This document shows positions 12,637 to 25,299 of a stretch of 64,000 nt of DNA, one piece after another. Source of the DNA: Tubiluchus corallicola (lineage: Eukaryota > Animalia > Priapulida); the NCBI GenBank assembly GCA_030141605.1, contig JAQGDQ010000333.1, positions 124,001-188,000 of the forward strand, read 5' to 3'. The notes beneath the pieces were generated by a model that was given only the letters and a program-made list of their open reading frames with translations, had not been told where the DNA came from and made no database searches. The translations under genes were made by a program, and so were the position numbers. How positions within the stretch are numbered: the stretch's first letter is position 1; each line of letters starts with the position of its first letter.

Positions 12637-13792
12637 TAGGGGTGCACCGAATACACATTATCATCTACTGAACCGAAACTGAATTTTTATGATTGGGTTC
12701 CACCGATCTGAACCTTAATTGAATGATCGGCCATGCTATAGAACCGAACTCAGAATTATTAAATATCAAGTTAGACAGGAATACAGAACCGAATTTTTTT
12801 GGAAGCGAAACCGAATTTTCTTGATTCATATTATTTTCTTATACATATACCGTACTCTACATGCAAAACATTCCAAATGAAAGGAATTGTAAAATTTGCA
12901 ATGTTTAAAAGGTTTTAAGCTAGTGGTGACTGTGAGTTGCGTAAAATTCTTCTAGTAACTAAATCTATTTCTTTAATGTTTATTGTAGCATAGTAAAATA
13001 TTAAATATTTTACAAACAGCCCGAATTATTTTAAAAGCAGTTAAAAGCATTTTGTACAATCAGTGGTATCGAAACAAATGTTTTAGTTCAAGTATTGTGT
13101 TCACTTGCAAAACAATGTAAAATGTACAATTTTGTAAACACCTTGCAGTCAAAATGTTCAAAACTGATTATATGACTTAAAAGCAACCCAACTAATAGCA
13201 ATTCTTCAAAATTTAACACAAAAAATTGTTAAGAATTATCTACCTTCATCATGACCATGTCTAATGTAAAGATTTGGGATTTCTAAAATAAATGAAATCT
13301 GCCCTCAAGATAGCAAAAAAACTGGACATTGCTATGCCAGCATTCTGTTTTATAGCTAAGGCTGCTAAGCTGAAACACTTTAGTGCAATGCAGCAATAGC
13401 GTAGTTCTTTACAAGCTCGGAATTTCATTGAAGTATTTAGCCATGTATAAGTGAATACGGCACCACCAGGGTATTGTGCTTTGATACAACTTGTGCACTG
13501 ACAATGCATCGCAGTCATCAAGTTATCAAAGAGAACAGAAAGCAAAATGTGAGTTGCTGTTTCGTGTTCGATAATTATTAACAGTTTTTTTGGCTAATTT
13601 TTGTAAGCATTAAACAAATATGCGGTTTGTGTAATGTACTTCTTGCCAAATGTGGCAATTATGAAAAAAGTATATTTGTATATTAAAAGTTCACCGAAGT
13701 TTTTGTGATTACAGCCAAACCTCACCGGGCCAGATTTTTACATTGATATTCAGGGAAAAAAGTTGGCGATCCAAATATCTGGTGCATCCCTA
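12637..13792 (+). mobile_element. Non-autonomous hAT element with a possible remnant of the C-terminal dimerization domain
   Basis: TIRs TAGGGGTGCACCG ... TGGTGCATCCCTA. Perfect 8-bp TSD gtaattat (12629-12636 / 13793-13800). Subterminal AACCGAA repeats. 13260-13430 reads like W......P...IAKK.....PA......F.....RSSL (weak). Confidence 0.85.
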
Positions 13793-14877
13793 GTAATTAT
13801 ATTAAAAATTATTAAAAATATATTAAAAATTAAATTAAAAATTATACTGTCTTTTTGTCTACACGGCTTGCATTCGCGAAATTTAAAACTCCCATGATGA
13901 CAGTTAGATGCAGCCATATTGCTGATAAGTCAAGTTTCAGATAACATTGTGTTAAGTTTGAAAAAATAATCAAAGCAGTCGTAGTGCACAACTTCGCAAA
14001 CTAAGCAAAATTTTAAATTGCTGTATCTTTTCAATAAGACAAAAATAACTTTTTGGTTAGTGAGTGGTATCTTTGGTGGTGAAGCAACAACATTTTACAA
14101 ATAGCTGAGAATATTTTAAATTATTAAAATTTTTTTTTTAGTTACATGGGTAGCAGGTAAACAAAATGTAAGGTAATATAAGTTTGCATGGAAAGTTTTT
14201 TGGGACATAGTTTATCATTGCCTTTTCTTCTCTTGATTTAAGGTGACATCATGTAATGGCGGTGTCGAAACTGTATCGCAGGAGATTTAAAATGAAAGCA
14301 AACAAAAAGTCTCTTTAATGCAAGTATGCTATACACAAAAATTTGCTACAAAGTAATATACTAATAATACTTTAATTAAAATTATACAGCGATTTTTCTG
14401 TAACCAACTCCAGGTCCCCTTTTCTTGTTCTTTAACAAGCACATTAATTGTTGATTCTGCTTGACGCCCATTACAGTTATGTCACTGAAGCCTAGTAGTA
14501 GTAGTAGTACTGTTTTACACTGAAGTCACTCAAACCAGATGGCAAAATTGAACGTGGTTATAGTAAATTCAATGGCGTGCAAAACTGTACGGATAATCCA
14601 CAGACACAGAATCAAGAGAATATTTGGATTACAAGTGCTGACTACATGCAAGATTGCGTGTAACTGCCAACGGTTAACGCGAGTCACAACCACATGATCA
14701 AATAATTTCAACGCGACTTTCCGCGCAAGCGCACGAAATCATGCACTAAACTCTAAGGAATCAGTTTCAATGTCACAAAAAAATCTAAGCAACGCAAATG
14801 TTTTATTTTTGTAGCACTATAGCACTGTAATAATAATAAAAGTCAAAAATAAACGACAACAAAATTACACCACTTAC

Positions 14878-15010
14878 CCGCCATTTCGAAAAAATTGTGG
14901 TTTTTATTTTGGGCACTAGACGTCACTTCGACAAACGAATCTTTTAACGCGCTGTTGCAAAGGGCATCTTTTCGGAATTTTGTCAAGACCAGTATAGTCC
15001 TGACTACGTA
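14878..15010 (-). promoter_or_regulatory. Probable JADE promoter and first exon
   Basis: CpG-enriched patch. AAATGGCGG (YY1/initiator-like, contains an ATG) directly followed by a perfect donor G|GTAAGT at 14878/14877. CRE-like GACGTCA at about 14919-14925. Confidence 0.55.
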
Positions 15011-15109
15011 GCACCGGAGTTCAACTGCCAAACAAAGAAAAAATAACTTATTGACAGGCAAGAATTCTCACAAAAAAGTTTGCGATGGAAATGTGAAGCA
15101 TATAAGATA

Positions 15110-15400
15110 CGACGCTAATGATGTCTTCACCGTCATCATCATTGTCGTCATAGTTCAAACCATCACGAAGTGTCATTATCGCTATTATCTTTATCACTTT
15201 CATCATTATGACCATCATCATGACCATTGTTTTTATCATAATTGTCATGCTTGTCATTGTTATCAATAATTGTCTTAATTATCGTGCTGTAATTGAAATT
15301 GCCATAATATAGTTGTCGTAGTCATTGTTACAATCACAGTTGTTATCCCCATATTATCATTGTCACCAGCATTATATATTTTCAAAATTTTAATAATATA
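15110..15400. repeat. Degenerate (ATC/ATT/GTC)n low-complexity trinucleotide tract
   Basis: Runs of catcat, tatcat and tgtcat; produces spurious Met/Ile-rich ORFs. Confidence 0.7.
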
Positions 15401-15599
15401 TTATATTATTAAACTGGACCACATTTTAATTCAGTATAATAATGCTTGTTTGTCAGTTGTCATGCTTGGTTGTCAGTTGCCACGCCATTCACTTATTTTG
15501 CATACATACTCTTGCCAGGTTTCAAGATACTACGTTTCTAGTTATCAAAGTTTGCCAAAAATTGACAGAAGAGCCGAAAATGGCTGGTTGTAATTAAAA

Positions 15600-17165
15600 A
15601 ACTGAAATCTGTATCATGTGGATAATTTTCACATAGTTGCTGTTCCCTGTTAGTACATGTGCCATTAGTACGTTAGAATTGTGAGCATCCGAGTAATGAC
15701 ATCAAAATGAGATAATGCGCAAAGACGATGATATCGTTACTCAAAATTTTAACTTCTCATACGTGCTACTCATGAAATGTAGCTCATAATGATCTATCAT
15801 TAAAGGAAAAATTAATCAGACTGTAGGCATTAATTTTAGAGGTGTGGATGTTGATATAGATGTGTATGTATTGAATACTATTGGCATTATATATGTTCGA
15901 GTTACTATAACTAGAACAGCATGAAACTGAAATGAAAGAACAGATCAACGAATTTCAAGACAGATATGAAAAGGCGAAGAGAGCGCAGGAACAAGCCAAA
16001 CAAGAAATCACTGAGATTGAGAAAATTAAGGAAGGAAAGGAAGTGTTGAAATTAAAAGAGAATAAACTAGAGAATTAAAAGAGAAAGAAAAGATGTTGAG
16101 AAACTACAAAGTACTATAGAAGGAAAGGAGAAGGAGGCAAAGAAAATAAATGATGCAAGGAAAAAAAGCAGAACTCGAACTCAGAAGAGCTAAGGAAGAA
16201 GCAGTGAAGTTTAAGGATGAACTTGAAAAGGTCATAAAAGAGAGAGATACTAGTAGAGCGCTAACTTAAACATTAAAAGAAAATGTTGCAGACTTGAAAG
16301 AACTGAACAAAAATTTGCAAATGGAAATGCTTCAGGCGACAGACAGTGCTAGGACAGGAGTTAGCAAAAATCAAGAGGAAGTGAATGAAAATGAAGATGA
16401 AAAAGACGACTGAAGAGAGTCACAGTAAAGATGAAAAAGAGGAACCGTTAAAGAAATTACGCAGGAATGTAATGAACGAAAGGTGGTGTCGATTTGAAGA
16501 TAGATCTATGTAAATTTAGGCATTATAAAACAAAAGAAGAATATGAACAACAGAGTCAGATTAATTATAGGAGTGAAGAACATAGATACAGTGACAATAA
16601 GAAACTGGTCCTTTTATGCAAGAGATAAATATTGTAAATATGAAGCAAATTGCAGGCATAGACATCATTTGTTGAGAGATGAAGAAGGAAGTAGGCATCA
16701 GAAGAGGCAAATTGGAATATGCAGGCATTGGGAACAAAGAGAAGAGTGTGAATAGGGTAATGTCTGTTGACACCATCATTATTATACTGAGGACGAAAAT
16801 AAGGAGTATGAATGTGAGCATGGACGAGATTATCAAGGTCAAATTAGTGAGAATCAAGAAAAGTTATATAATCTTGTCGCCAATGTGAATTTTTTATAAA
16901 GAGAAATATGGGACATCAGGGGCTATATATCCCAACAATAAGCGAAGATAAAAAAATCAGTCTAATTAGAAAAGAAAAGACTAAAAGGTCAAAGAAACGT
17001 AAAAATAAATACAAAAATTTTAAAATAATGTTTGTCAATTGTTAAGAAGTAATGCCGAAAATTGAGTCTGTAAATAGTGTAGTAGAAGATATTCAGCCTA
17101 GCGTATTCGGGTTATTAGAAACACATCTGGATAAAAATGAAACTTTGAAATTTGAAGGAGAATAG
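15600..17165 (+). mobile_element. 5' fragment of a LINE: coiled-coil plus CCCH zinc-finger ORF1 and start of the APE endonuclease, pseudogenised
   Basis: E/K-rich coiled-coil frame 15920-16420. C3H1-like motifs W(C)SFYARDKYCKYEANCRHRH and ICRHWEQREECE*GNVC*HHH. ORF2 start FKIMFVNC...KIESV...QPSVFGLLETHL (17018-17130), truncated at the BEL LTR. Confidence 0.75.
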
Positions 17166-17169
17166 AAGT

Positions 17170-20100
17170 AGATTTTGGCAAACTTGCCACAAAAATTTGT
17201 ATATTGATATCTTCTGTATTACACAACTTGCGGTGTGAAACAAAAACTTCTATGACAATTTCACAAACAAAGATGCTAACAGAAACTTTTTATAACACTA
17301 GTAATCTAAACAACATGTCCACCCTTTTCACTCGTCTTCTCCCGACCCGTGCGCGCCGAACAATCCCCGGTCATGTGATCATTCTAATTGCGTCAGCACA
17401 CTCCCCCCGAGGGAAGATGCCATGAACAGTCTTCCTACGAATTTAGGTCCTCAACCCACCCCCTCGAATTTTGTCACCAGCTTTCATGGCTGCCTTTCTT
17501 TTTGATTGCTTATTAGTGGGCTCTATAACTATTTGTGGTGTGTTAGTTTGTTTGTGCAATGTAGTGTTATCTGTTTTGTACTGCTTGGCATCTGTAATAC
17601 TTGTCTGTGTTGCAGGACGTTCAAGGGAGTAAAGCTGGGTAATAGAACGATTGATGATATTGCCTGAAGGTAGCCTCACAGAAACTGATCTGCACATCTC
17701 ATCATGGCTATGCTTTAGAGAAAGTATCCTCCCAACTCTCCATTGACATCATCCTGAACCAGAACTACGTCACCTATTTTAGGCATTGAATTTAGAGCTG
17801 ACCTTGTTTGCTTGATTGGTTTGTTATAGCGCTTCCTCAGTGACAACACATACTCCTTCCTCCAGATGTCCCAAAATTTATTCAGGATGATCTGTCCTCT
17901 TTTCCAGCATTGCAAAACCTTGTACGCAGAGACTGGCTGATTCGGCTTGTACTCATCACCATCTTTTAAATATAAAGTGATAAGGTCACCTTTCAGTGAT
18001 ATGAAATCAGCTGGGGTTATGACGCGTATTGAATTGATATCCTGATCTACGTAACAGAGAGGTCGAGAATTGATCACGCCTTCGATTTCACACAGCAGCG
18101 TTACCAACTGAGTTAGAGTCAGAAGACGTCGACCTGTTGATTTTTTAAGAGCTGACTTTATCATAGCAGCCATCCTTTCATAGAAACCTCCAAACCAGGG
18201 AGCTAGCTCTACAATGTTCTCCCAACTGATACGATGCTGAGCTGCATAATCTAAAACATCAGGGCTTTGGAGAGTTTGAGACCACGCTCTATCCAGGACC
18301 GTTTTTGTTAGTTTGAACTGTGCTGCATTGTCACTCAAGACCTTCGAAGGATAACCTCTTCTTGCTGCAAATCTGCGGAAACATGACAAAAACTTCTCAG
18401 TACAAAGGTCTTCTGTAAGCTCTAAGTGTATGGCTCTAGTGCACATACACGTAAGCACGCAAGCCCAAACCTTTTTGACTTCATGTTTTTCCGATTTGAA
18501 GTGAAATTTTTAATCCAAAACGGACCTAGCATATCTAACCCAATTTGACTAAATACCAAGTTTCTGTTGATCTCTTGCTGGTGGCAATCCAGGCATGGGT
18601 GGTGCTTTGTATGGTGGACCACTTGCACGTCTACAGATTAAACATCCTTGAATTACTTCTTGTACTGCCGCACGACCTTTGAGTACCCAGTATGCACATC
18701 TCAGTTGTGCTAATGTCTGTGATACACCACTATGGAGCTGTTTGCTCATGTACTCTCTGAATAATTAGTTGAGTGGCATGATCTTTTCGTGGCAAGAGAG
18801 CTGGATTTGTGCTAGCATATGTAAAATCCGAATGTTGAATCCTGCCATTACATCTCAACAGGTTTTCAGAATCCAAATACAGACCTAGTTGCTGTACTAA
18901 GCAGTTCTTTTTATTAGACTGTAAGTCTCTGATCTCTTTGCTGAAGTGTTGACATTGGACTTGCTTAATTAGAATTATTTCTGCTTTTACTAGCTCAGAT
19001 GCCATAAGGCCTGTTTGCACATCATTCTCAGTGTGTTTCCATCTACCTAAAGCGCTCATAACATAGGCTGTTACTCGTACTGCCTTCTCAAAATTCGAGT
19101 ACCTCGTTAAATCAACTAGTGACTCATTGGGTTGCTCACTAATTGTCAAGAAAACTGGCACTTCGCATTCTCCCATTTCAGAATCTATCTGTTGCTGATC
19201 CTCGGCAGAAGTGACTGGCATATCTGATTGTGGCCAGCATTCTTGAGGTTCTTTCAACCATGCTGGAGGGTTGAACCATATGCTATTCATCAAGGTCTCG
19301 GAGTCCTTTACACCACGAGAAGCCAAGTCTGCTGGGTTTTCTTCTGTTGACACAAAGTGAAATGTAGCGTTCTGAAGAGACCTGATCTCTTCCACTCTGT
19401 TCCTCACAAACATTTTCAAGGAGCGTCCATTTAGCACCCAAAATAATGCACATTTACTATCACTAAAGATGTGCACTTCGTTGATATTTAATTGAAGATG
19501 TGTCAATAAAAACTTGGTGCATCGAACTGCTAGTAGTATTCCAAGTAATTCCAGTCTAGGAACTGAAATTTGGCGTGGGGGTGCAAGCCTAGTCTTCGCA
19601 TAAATCAGCTTTACAATGGAGCTAGATATTAGTTGTAAACGCCCACCGGCGTATAAGACCAAATCTTGTATTGGAACCAGAGGTGATTAAATTGTAACTG
19701 TAAGTTCAATAAAGTCTGTTCACTGTATTAACGCAGACATTGAGTTTGTGAATGATTAAAAGCGTTAACGGTAACTTGCATTCGCACCACTAAATCCTAG
19801 ATACGTACTAAGGAGATTTGCAGTGTACATAAGAGCTCAATTGCGGGAGCTAAGCTTGTAAACTTGAGGGATAAAGATCTGACTCACAACGCAAGGTCAA
19901 AGTGAAAGTCGTGTAGGACAAGATCATTGCCTTAGCAACTTAACTAAAGCCCTTGGAGTCGGGTAATCGATATCCGATCAATTACCTGAAAGCGATCGAT
20001 ACGCGAATCTAAACTCTAAAATATCAATTAATTCAAGATCACTCGATACGGCAAATTACTATACGATCACATTATTGAGTGAGAACTTGATACACCTAGC

Positions 20101-20770
20101 TCACTGGATCCGGATAATCCGGATAATCCGCATTTCGCCTGGAAGTGGAAAGCTCGTCATCCACATCACCTATGTCAGAGTGTTGCAATGAGGTGCTTGC
20201 TGTTGCTGCATCTGCCGTCGGTGTTGCCGGTGCTACTGTTGCTGCTGCTGCTGGTGCCACTTCCCTCGATGTGCCTGCTGCTGACGTGGGATTCCTTTAA
20301 AAACAAACAAACATTCACAATCCACATTCGCCATTTCTAACAGGAATCATCATTAAAACGGATATTACGCAGCCATTACACGATAAAACGAGAGAGAGAC
20401 AGTACATAATGAACGATAAAACATTGCGTGCGCAACAGCGTCAAAAAACGGTGGAATGTAGCACATCTACAATTACGCATATGCGGAAAAACCTACAAAA
20501 ATTTATTCACTACAAATTAATGCGGCAAGTTCTGTGGTTGATAACAACAAGTGATAATTAGATATAAAAAGTTCACTCACCGTGCGAATTCCCCTGCGGT
20601 AGCCATAGCCATCTGGGAGGGAGATAGAGAGAGACAGAGACAAAAAGGAGATCCTTCTTTTCCTTTTGTTGAAGGTTCTGCCATTTGTTTTTTGGTCGTT
20701 TTACTCCAATGCGAGGTAGTGAATTTGGCACATTAAAAATTGCACCCATTGACGTGCCCTGCAGTCAATC
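17170..20770 (-). mobile_element. BEL/Pao LTR retrotransposon, internally deleted (RNase H-integrase retained, frameshifted)
   Basis: RNase H motifs LIYAKTRLAP, VPRLELLG, FSDS..AL.W, FV.NRV..I, NPAD.ASRG (19662-18730). Integrase HHCC (H...HSG...C..C) and core (TCMCTRAIHLE, SDNA.QF, APWFGGFYER, EGVINSRPL) 18749-17715. PPT cggggggag then TGT at 17400. PBS-like TGGTCTTATACGCCGG at about 19661-19646. An LTR-like region lies upstream to about 20770; its outer boundary is uncertain. Confidence 0.9.
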
Positions 20771-22129
20771 TATATAGTTACACATATATTATATTGTAGG
20801 TTTGTATATAAATAATTTGCACACGCACGCATGCAGACAACAAGTAATTGCATACGGTGCTTCATATATAAATAATCATTACAGTAGTAGAGATGAGTAG
20901 GGCTGAACTGCCAGCCTAGGTTGTCGTAACGTCTTGATACTCCCATGCACACAGACTCACATACATGTATGATGTATGCATTATTACATACAATGATTCT
21001 ATGAAGCTGAGCCTATATAATTAACTATATAAAATGATTGCCCCTAGCACCTAGGCCTGTATAAAATCAATTAATTTAAGCCCATCAATAAATAGTAATT
21101 ATCAAGGCTTGTCAGTGGATTTAGCCACAGGTGTTTTATTAGTACGCTTATACAAGTACTTTTCGTATATATGTACACAAACTGTATTTAATGAACACTT
21201 ATTTTGACGTAAGCCTAACTGAATCTTAAAAAATAAGGCTAAATATGCGTGACGTCTACACATGATATATAAAGTGTGATGACACGCCTGTCGATTCTAA
21301 ATTATGCGCCAGGTTGGCTTCTCACCTGAATTCCATAACTTGATTTTGACCTAGTTAGTTGGTTGTTATAGAAGTGGAAGTAATGCTGGCTGTTATGATG
21401 TTTCGTTTTGTTATTTTTTGTTCACTGATGATAAAAAAGAGGAATAATGTCATAAATGCATTCCGTTTGTTCTACTGGAATTTATAACCAACTCCAAAAC
21501 ATAACAAAGGTCAATGTATGATTATATGCTGACTAACATCTTTTAACTTGGAATTAAAAAAACAAATCGATTTTTTCTCTGAAAGGTATTACACATGAAA
21601 GTCGGGCCTAATATTTCTTCAAGTTATATTTCCTGATAAGAACATATTAAAAACACATTAAATAGGGATGTTTTTTGGAAAAAATATTTCTCCACAAAGA
21701 GAATACTACATGAGCCATGAGTATTTGCAAACTTTCTTTACGATCAACTTTCTTAACTTCTTTTGTAAATAAGCCTATTAATTTTCATGAGATATTCAAA
21801 AATATAATAGCTGCTAAAAATCGCCAAAGAGAGATGTAGGCCTTGCAGTCTTTGCTTAGTGTACAAAATATTTAACTTGTAATAAAAGTTACAAAACTGT
21901 GTTATAATTAACATTTTATTATAATTACCTGGCTGCATCCTTGCGAAATTTAAAAAGATATTTTTATTTGTGTTTTCTCAACTCACTGCTGAGCAATTTA
22001 TGATCAATCATCTGCTACAGTACACACAGCTTGCGCTATAGCATACCTGACAACAACAGTCAGTACTGCTGTGCCGCTAGGGCAACACTAACTGTGCGAA
22101 CTGTTGCGCAGTAGGACTTTCCCTACTTT

Positions 22130-23055
22130 GTTTTCCATCATCCAATGAATCATACGTTCAGGGACATGATTCTGCTCCTCTCCGTATGCCAGGTCTCCCT
22201 GCTCGCCGCAATGCCCCAAGTGCATTTATTTATAAGGATCACTGCTGAAGTGGTGTTTAAATCTTTCTGTGCAAAATCTAAATGTGTTAACATTTGTCCT
22301 CCTGCAGGTATTTAGCTGGTTCTATGGCTAGTTGAAGAGCTATCTTCACTGGAATATCATCAGGTAGTCTAAGCATATACCCAATCCAACTTAAACGGCA
22401 TCTATTTATTTTTCTTGTCCAAGGTTCTTCTTTTATTTTTTCATATAGATCTTTGTTTGAGATTTCCTTTGGCCATCTAATACCCAAAATGTTTCTGTAA
22501 TTTCGCCTTTGAAACGCATCGATTTCAGCTTTATGATTTGCTTTTAATGTTCAGAGCTCAGCGTTGTACAGAAATACAGTTTCAACTAAGGCTGAGAATA
22601 TTCTAATTTTTGTTTCCAAAGAAATCTTCCTATTCTCAAAAACTTTTGTGAGTTTTGAGTAAGCTGATAATGCCATTATCTTCCGTCTTGATATGTCATC
22701 TTCTGTTGCCAGTAGACTACCGAGATATTTGCTTCTTTGCCATGATTCATCACCATGGCGTGTTATGTGAAATTCAGTTTTATTTTTGTTTACAACGAGA
22801 ACCATTCTATTCAGTTTCTCCTCTATGGAGTTTTTTTATTTCATCTACTTCTTCTTTGTTTCTTGTAATCCATGCCACATCATCAGCATACTGCATAGAT
22901 ATAGTAGTTGACTTACTTTGTAGAGAGCTGTAACTGTGTTCTTGTCTTACTTCATTCGGTATTAATTCAGGATCAAGAATTGTGTAGTTGTGATCTTCTA
23001 GGTCTTTCAATGGTATACCTTTGTTCTCGGTGTGAGATATGGCAAGATATAAATA
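22130..23055 (-). mobile_element. RTE-type LINE, 5'-truncated copy
   Basis: QYADD, KYLGS, FLYNAEL and LSWIGYMLRL motifs; closely similar to 61600-62850 in the opposite orientation. Confidence 0.9.
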
Positions 23056-23473
23056 TTTTAATATATTCATATTTTATATAATTTATTTTTTAAATATAGA
23101 TATTTTTGTATACTTTGATACTAGTGCGTTAGACATCAAGTTAGACGCAAAAGTAACTCAAGAACCTCACTAAGCGGTTGAAGTCCCCACGAGCCTCACT
23201 TGCCTTGACGTCATTGAAGCAGCCAATCGTAGCTCGAAAGACCAGCAACCCATAATTCTTTGCACGAAGTACTAGCGTACCCACAATCCTCTACATTGCA
23301 CTAGAAGAATCCTAAGTACTCTCTGTTTGGCGCTGAGTAAGCCATTAGCCGAAGTAGGACAGTTGGCGTACAGGGGCCAGTCCAAGTAGGACACTAGAGA
23401 CAGGTCCGCGAATTGAGTCGTTGAGTGTACTGGCACCGTCCGTTGTCCTTGTTTATGTAATAATAATAATTAA

Positions 23474-24242
23474 AAAACGTCAGTACACGTTGAATAATTA
23501 AAATAATAGAATTTTATTCTGAACTGTTAGAACGGATAATATTAAATTAGGCTTCCATATTAATGCTGTTGAAGTGAAATAAACATACTTTTTAGACGGT
23601 TTCAACATTTGTTTAAGGTATATAATTTTTTATTTTGTCTCCTTTCACAGACAATTGATACATTTCACTACCTCTTGAACAAATAATTGTTTTCTTTTGA
23701 GTACACATTCTAGTGATCTATGTGCCCTATATGGGCTAGTGAGCGATGTACTACATTACCCTAAATGTTACAATACAGTTGATATTATTAAAACTAATTG
23801 TCTTTGCTTTTCATAAATGTTAAAAATTACTTTTTTGTATTGTGAAGGCTTAGCAGCATCTGTCTCATTTTAAATTTGCAATTACTTCTGCAATAACTGT
23901 GTGCATAGTTTTTATCCTCAAAGCATTGGATACTTAGTCTAATGTTATGATGATTTAAATGGAGCTAATAATACTGGTGATACTATTGTAAAAAATACAT
24001 TAATTTTGTAAATTGTCAAGGACTATCCATCATCATTATAATGTTATTTTTCTCTAAAATAATTAGTTTTATGTTTTATTATGTCATCATAATCTCGATT
24101 CCCGTCAAAAAGCGCCAGTACACGTTGAATAATTAAAATAACCGAATTTTATTCAGAGCTGGTAGAACGGACAATATTAAATTTGTTTTCGATATTAATG
24201 TTGTTGAAGTGAAATAAACACACTTTTTAGACGATTTCAACT
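23474..24242. repeat. Pair of ~135-bp direct repeats (23474-23610 and 24107-24242) within an unclassified repeat element starting near 23115
   Basis: aaaaaacgtcagtacacgttgaataattaaaata...tttttagacggtttcaac versus aaaaagcgccagtacacgttgaataattaaaata...tttttagacgatttcaac. Confidence 0.75.
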
Positions 24243-24769
24243 TTCTTGGGCTGCCCATATACGATACTGTTTTCCGCAAATTTAGCACATGCGTTTTACC
24301 GGAAATGTCCTGCTGCGGCTTGTGGGTTACTCGGCGCCCTACCCAGACACAATTGTGAGACAGATTTAGATGAGTTGCTTAAATTGGCTTTTGTTGTTTC
24401 TGTGGCAGCGAATTGAGAAATTTATACTTAATTAAAAGCAGGTCTTTATATTATTGTAATAACTACCTATCAAGAACTTCAAAATAAGTAAGTGAAATAC
24501 TTCTGTGGACTGTAGGCTATAGATTTTATACAGTCACAATAGTATGTTTTGTATTGGTTGAAAGTTGAAAGACGCCCAACTTCTGTTAAAAGTGGTAATA
24601 ATGACATTTAAGCAAACTCACATTATTGTTTCGATCACTGATTATGACAGCCATTGGACATTTCTTTGTCAATTATGATAGCTCAATTATTCACAGTTAA
24701 AATGGACAATGATTTCACTCAGAAACAATTGCGAGACATTTTCAATGAGTTGCTTAGTAATAGTAGTTC

Positions 24770-25025
24770 ATAAATTTGTCATGATTTTTATTTTTTTCTG
24801 TTGTTTTATTTTTGTTTTTGAATTTCTGCACGTTTATGTATTTTTATTATAGTTGTGTGTGCTGTCATTAGCGTCTTTTTGTTTACTGTCCTTTGAGAAG
24901 GGTGGTTGACTCGATAACCTTTGATTTTTCGCCACCCTTTCTCCCATGTTCGTTTGTATTTTTGTGTATTTTATTGTCAAATCATTGTAAATTTATGGAG
25001 GAAAATAAAATTACTATTACTATTA
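24770..25025 (+). mobile_element. 3' tail of a CR1/L2-group LINE or SINE
   Basis: T-rich UTR, stem-loop gagaagggtgg...ccaccctttctc, AATAAA, then a short (TTACTA) tail. Confidence 0.5.
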
Positions 25026-25299
25026 AAGTTAAAGGAAAACTGGATAATTTTTCACATTATAACCCATTTTGAACTACAGTACAGTAGAAACTACGTTTTA
25101 ACACCAATGGGGGTATTAGCATTAATAGTGACGAGATCTTAGGCGGCCCTTATGTAATCCGTAATCCGTCGAAGGATAGAGGTTAAGCATAAATAACTTA
25201 TAAACCTCTCTACTCTTCCTTGTTTACTTTAACAATTTAAAAAATAAACATAATAGGTGGCCACGCTGCGATCATGAAGCGTAGCACAGGGTTTCAGAT

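Noticed and set aside
14405-14472. Alternative JADE first coding exon MGVKQNQQLMCLLKNKKRGPGV
   Set aside because: Phase fits but the donor (GTTACA) is poor and there is no homology support.
15048-15269. Met/Ile- and His-rich ORFs
   Set aside because: Artefacts of a degenerate ATC repeat.
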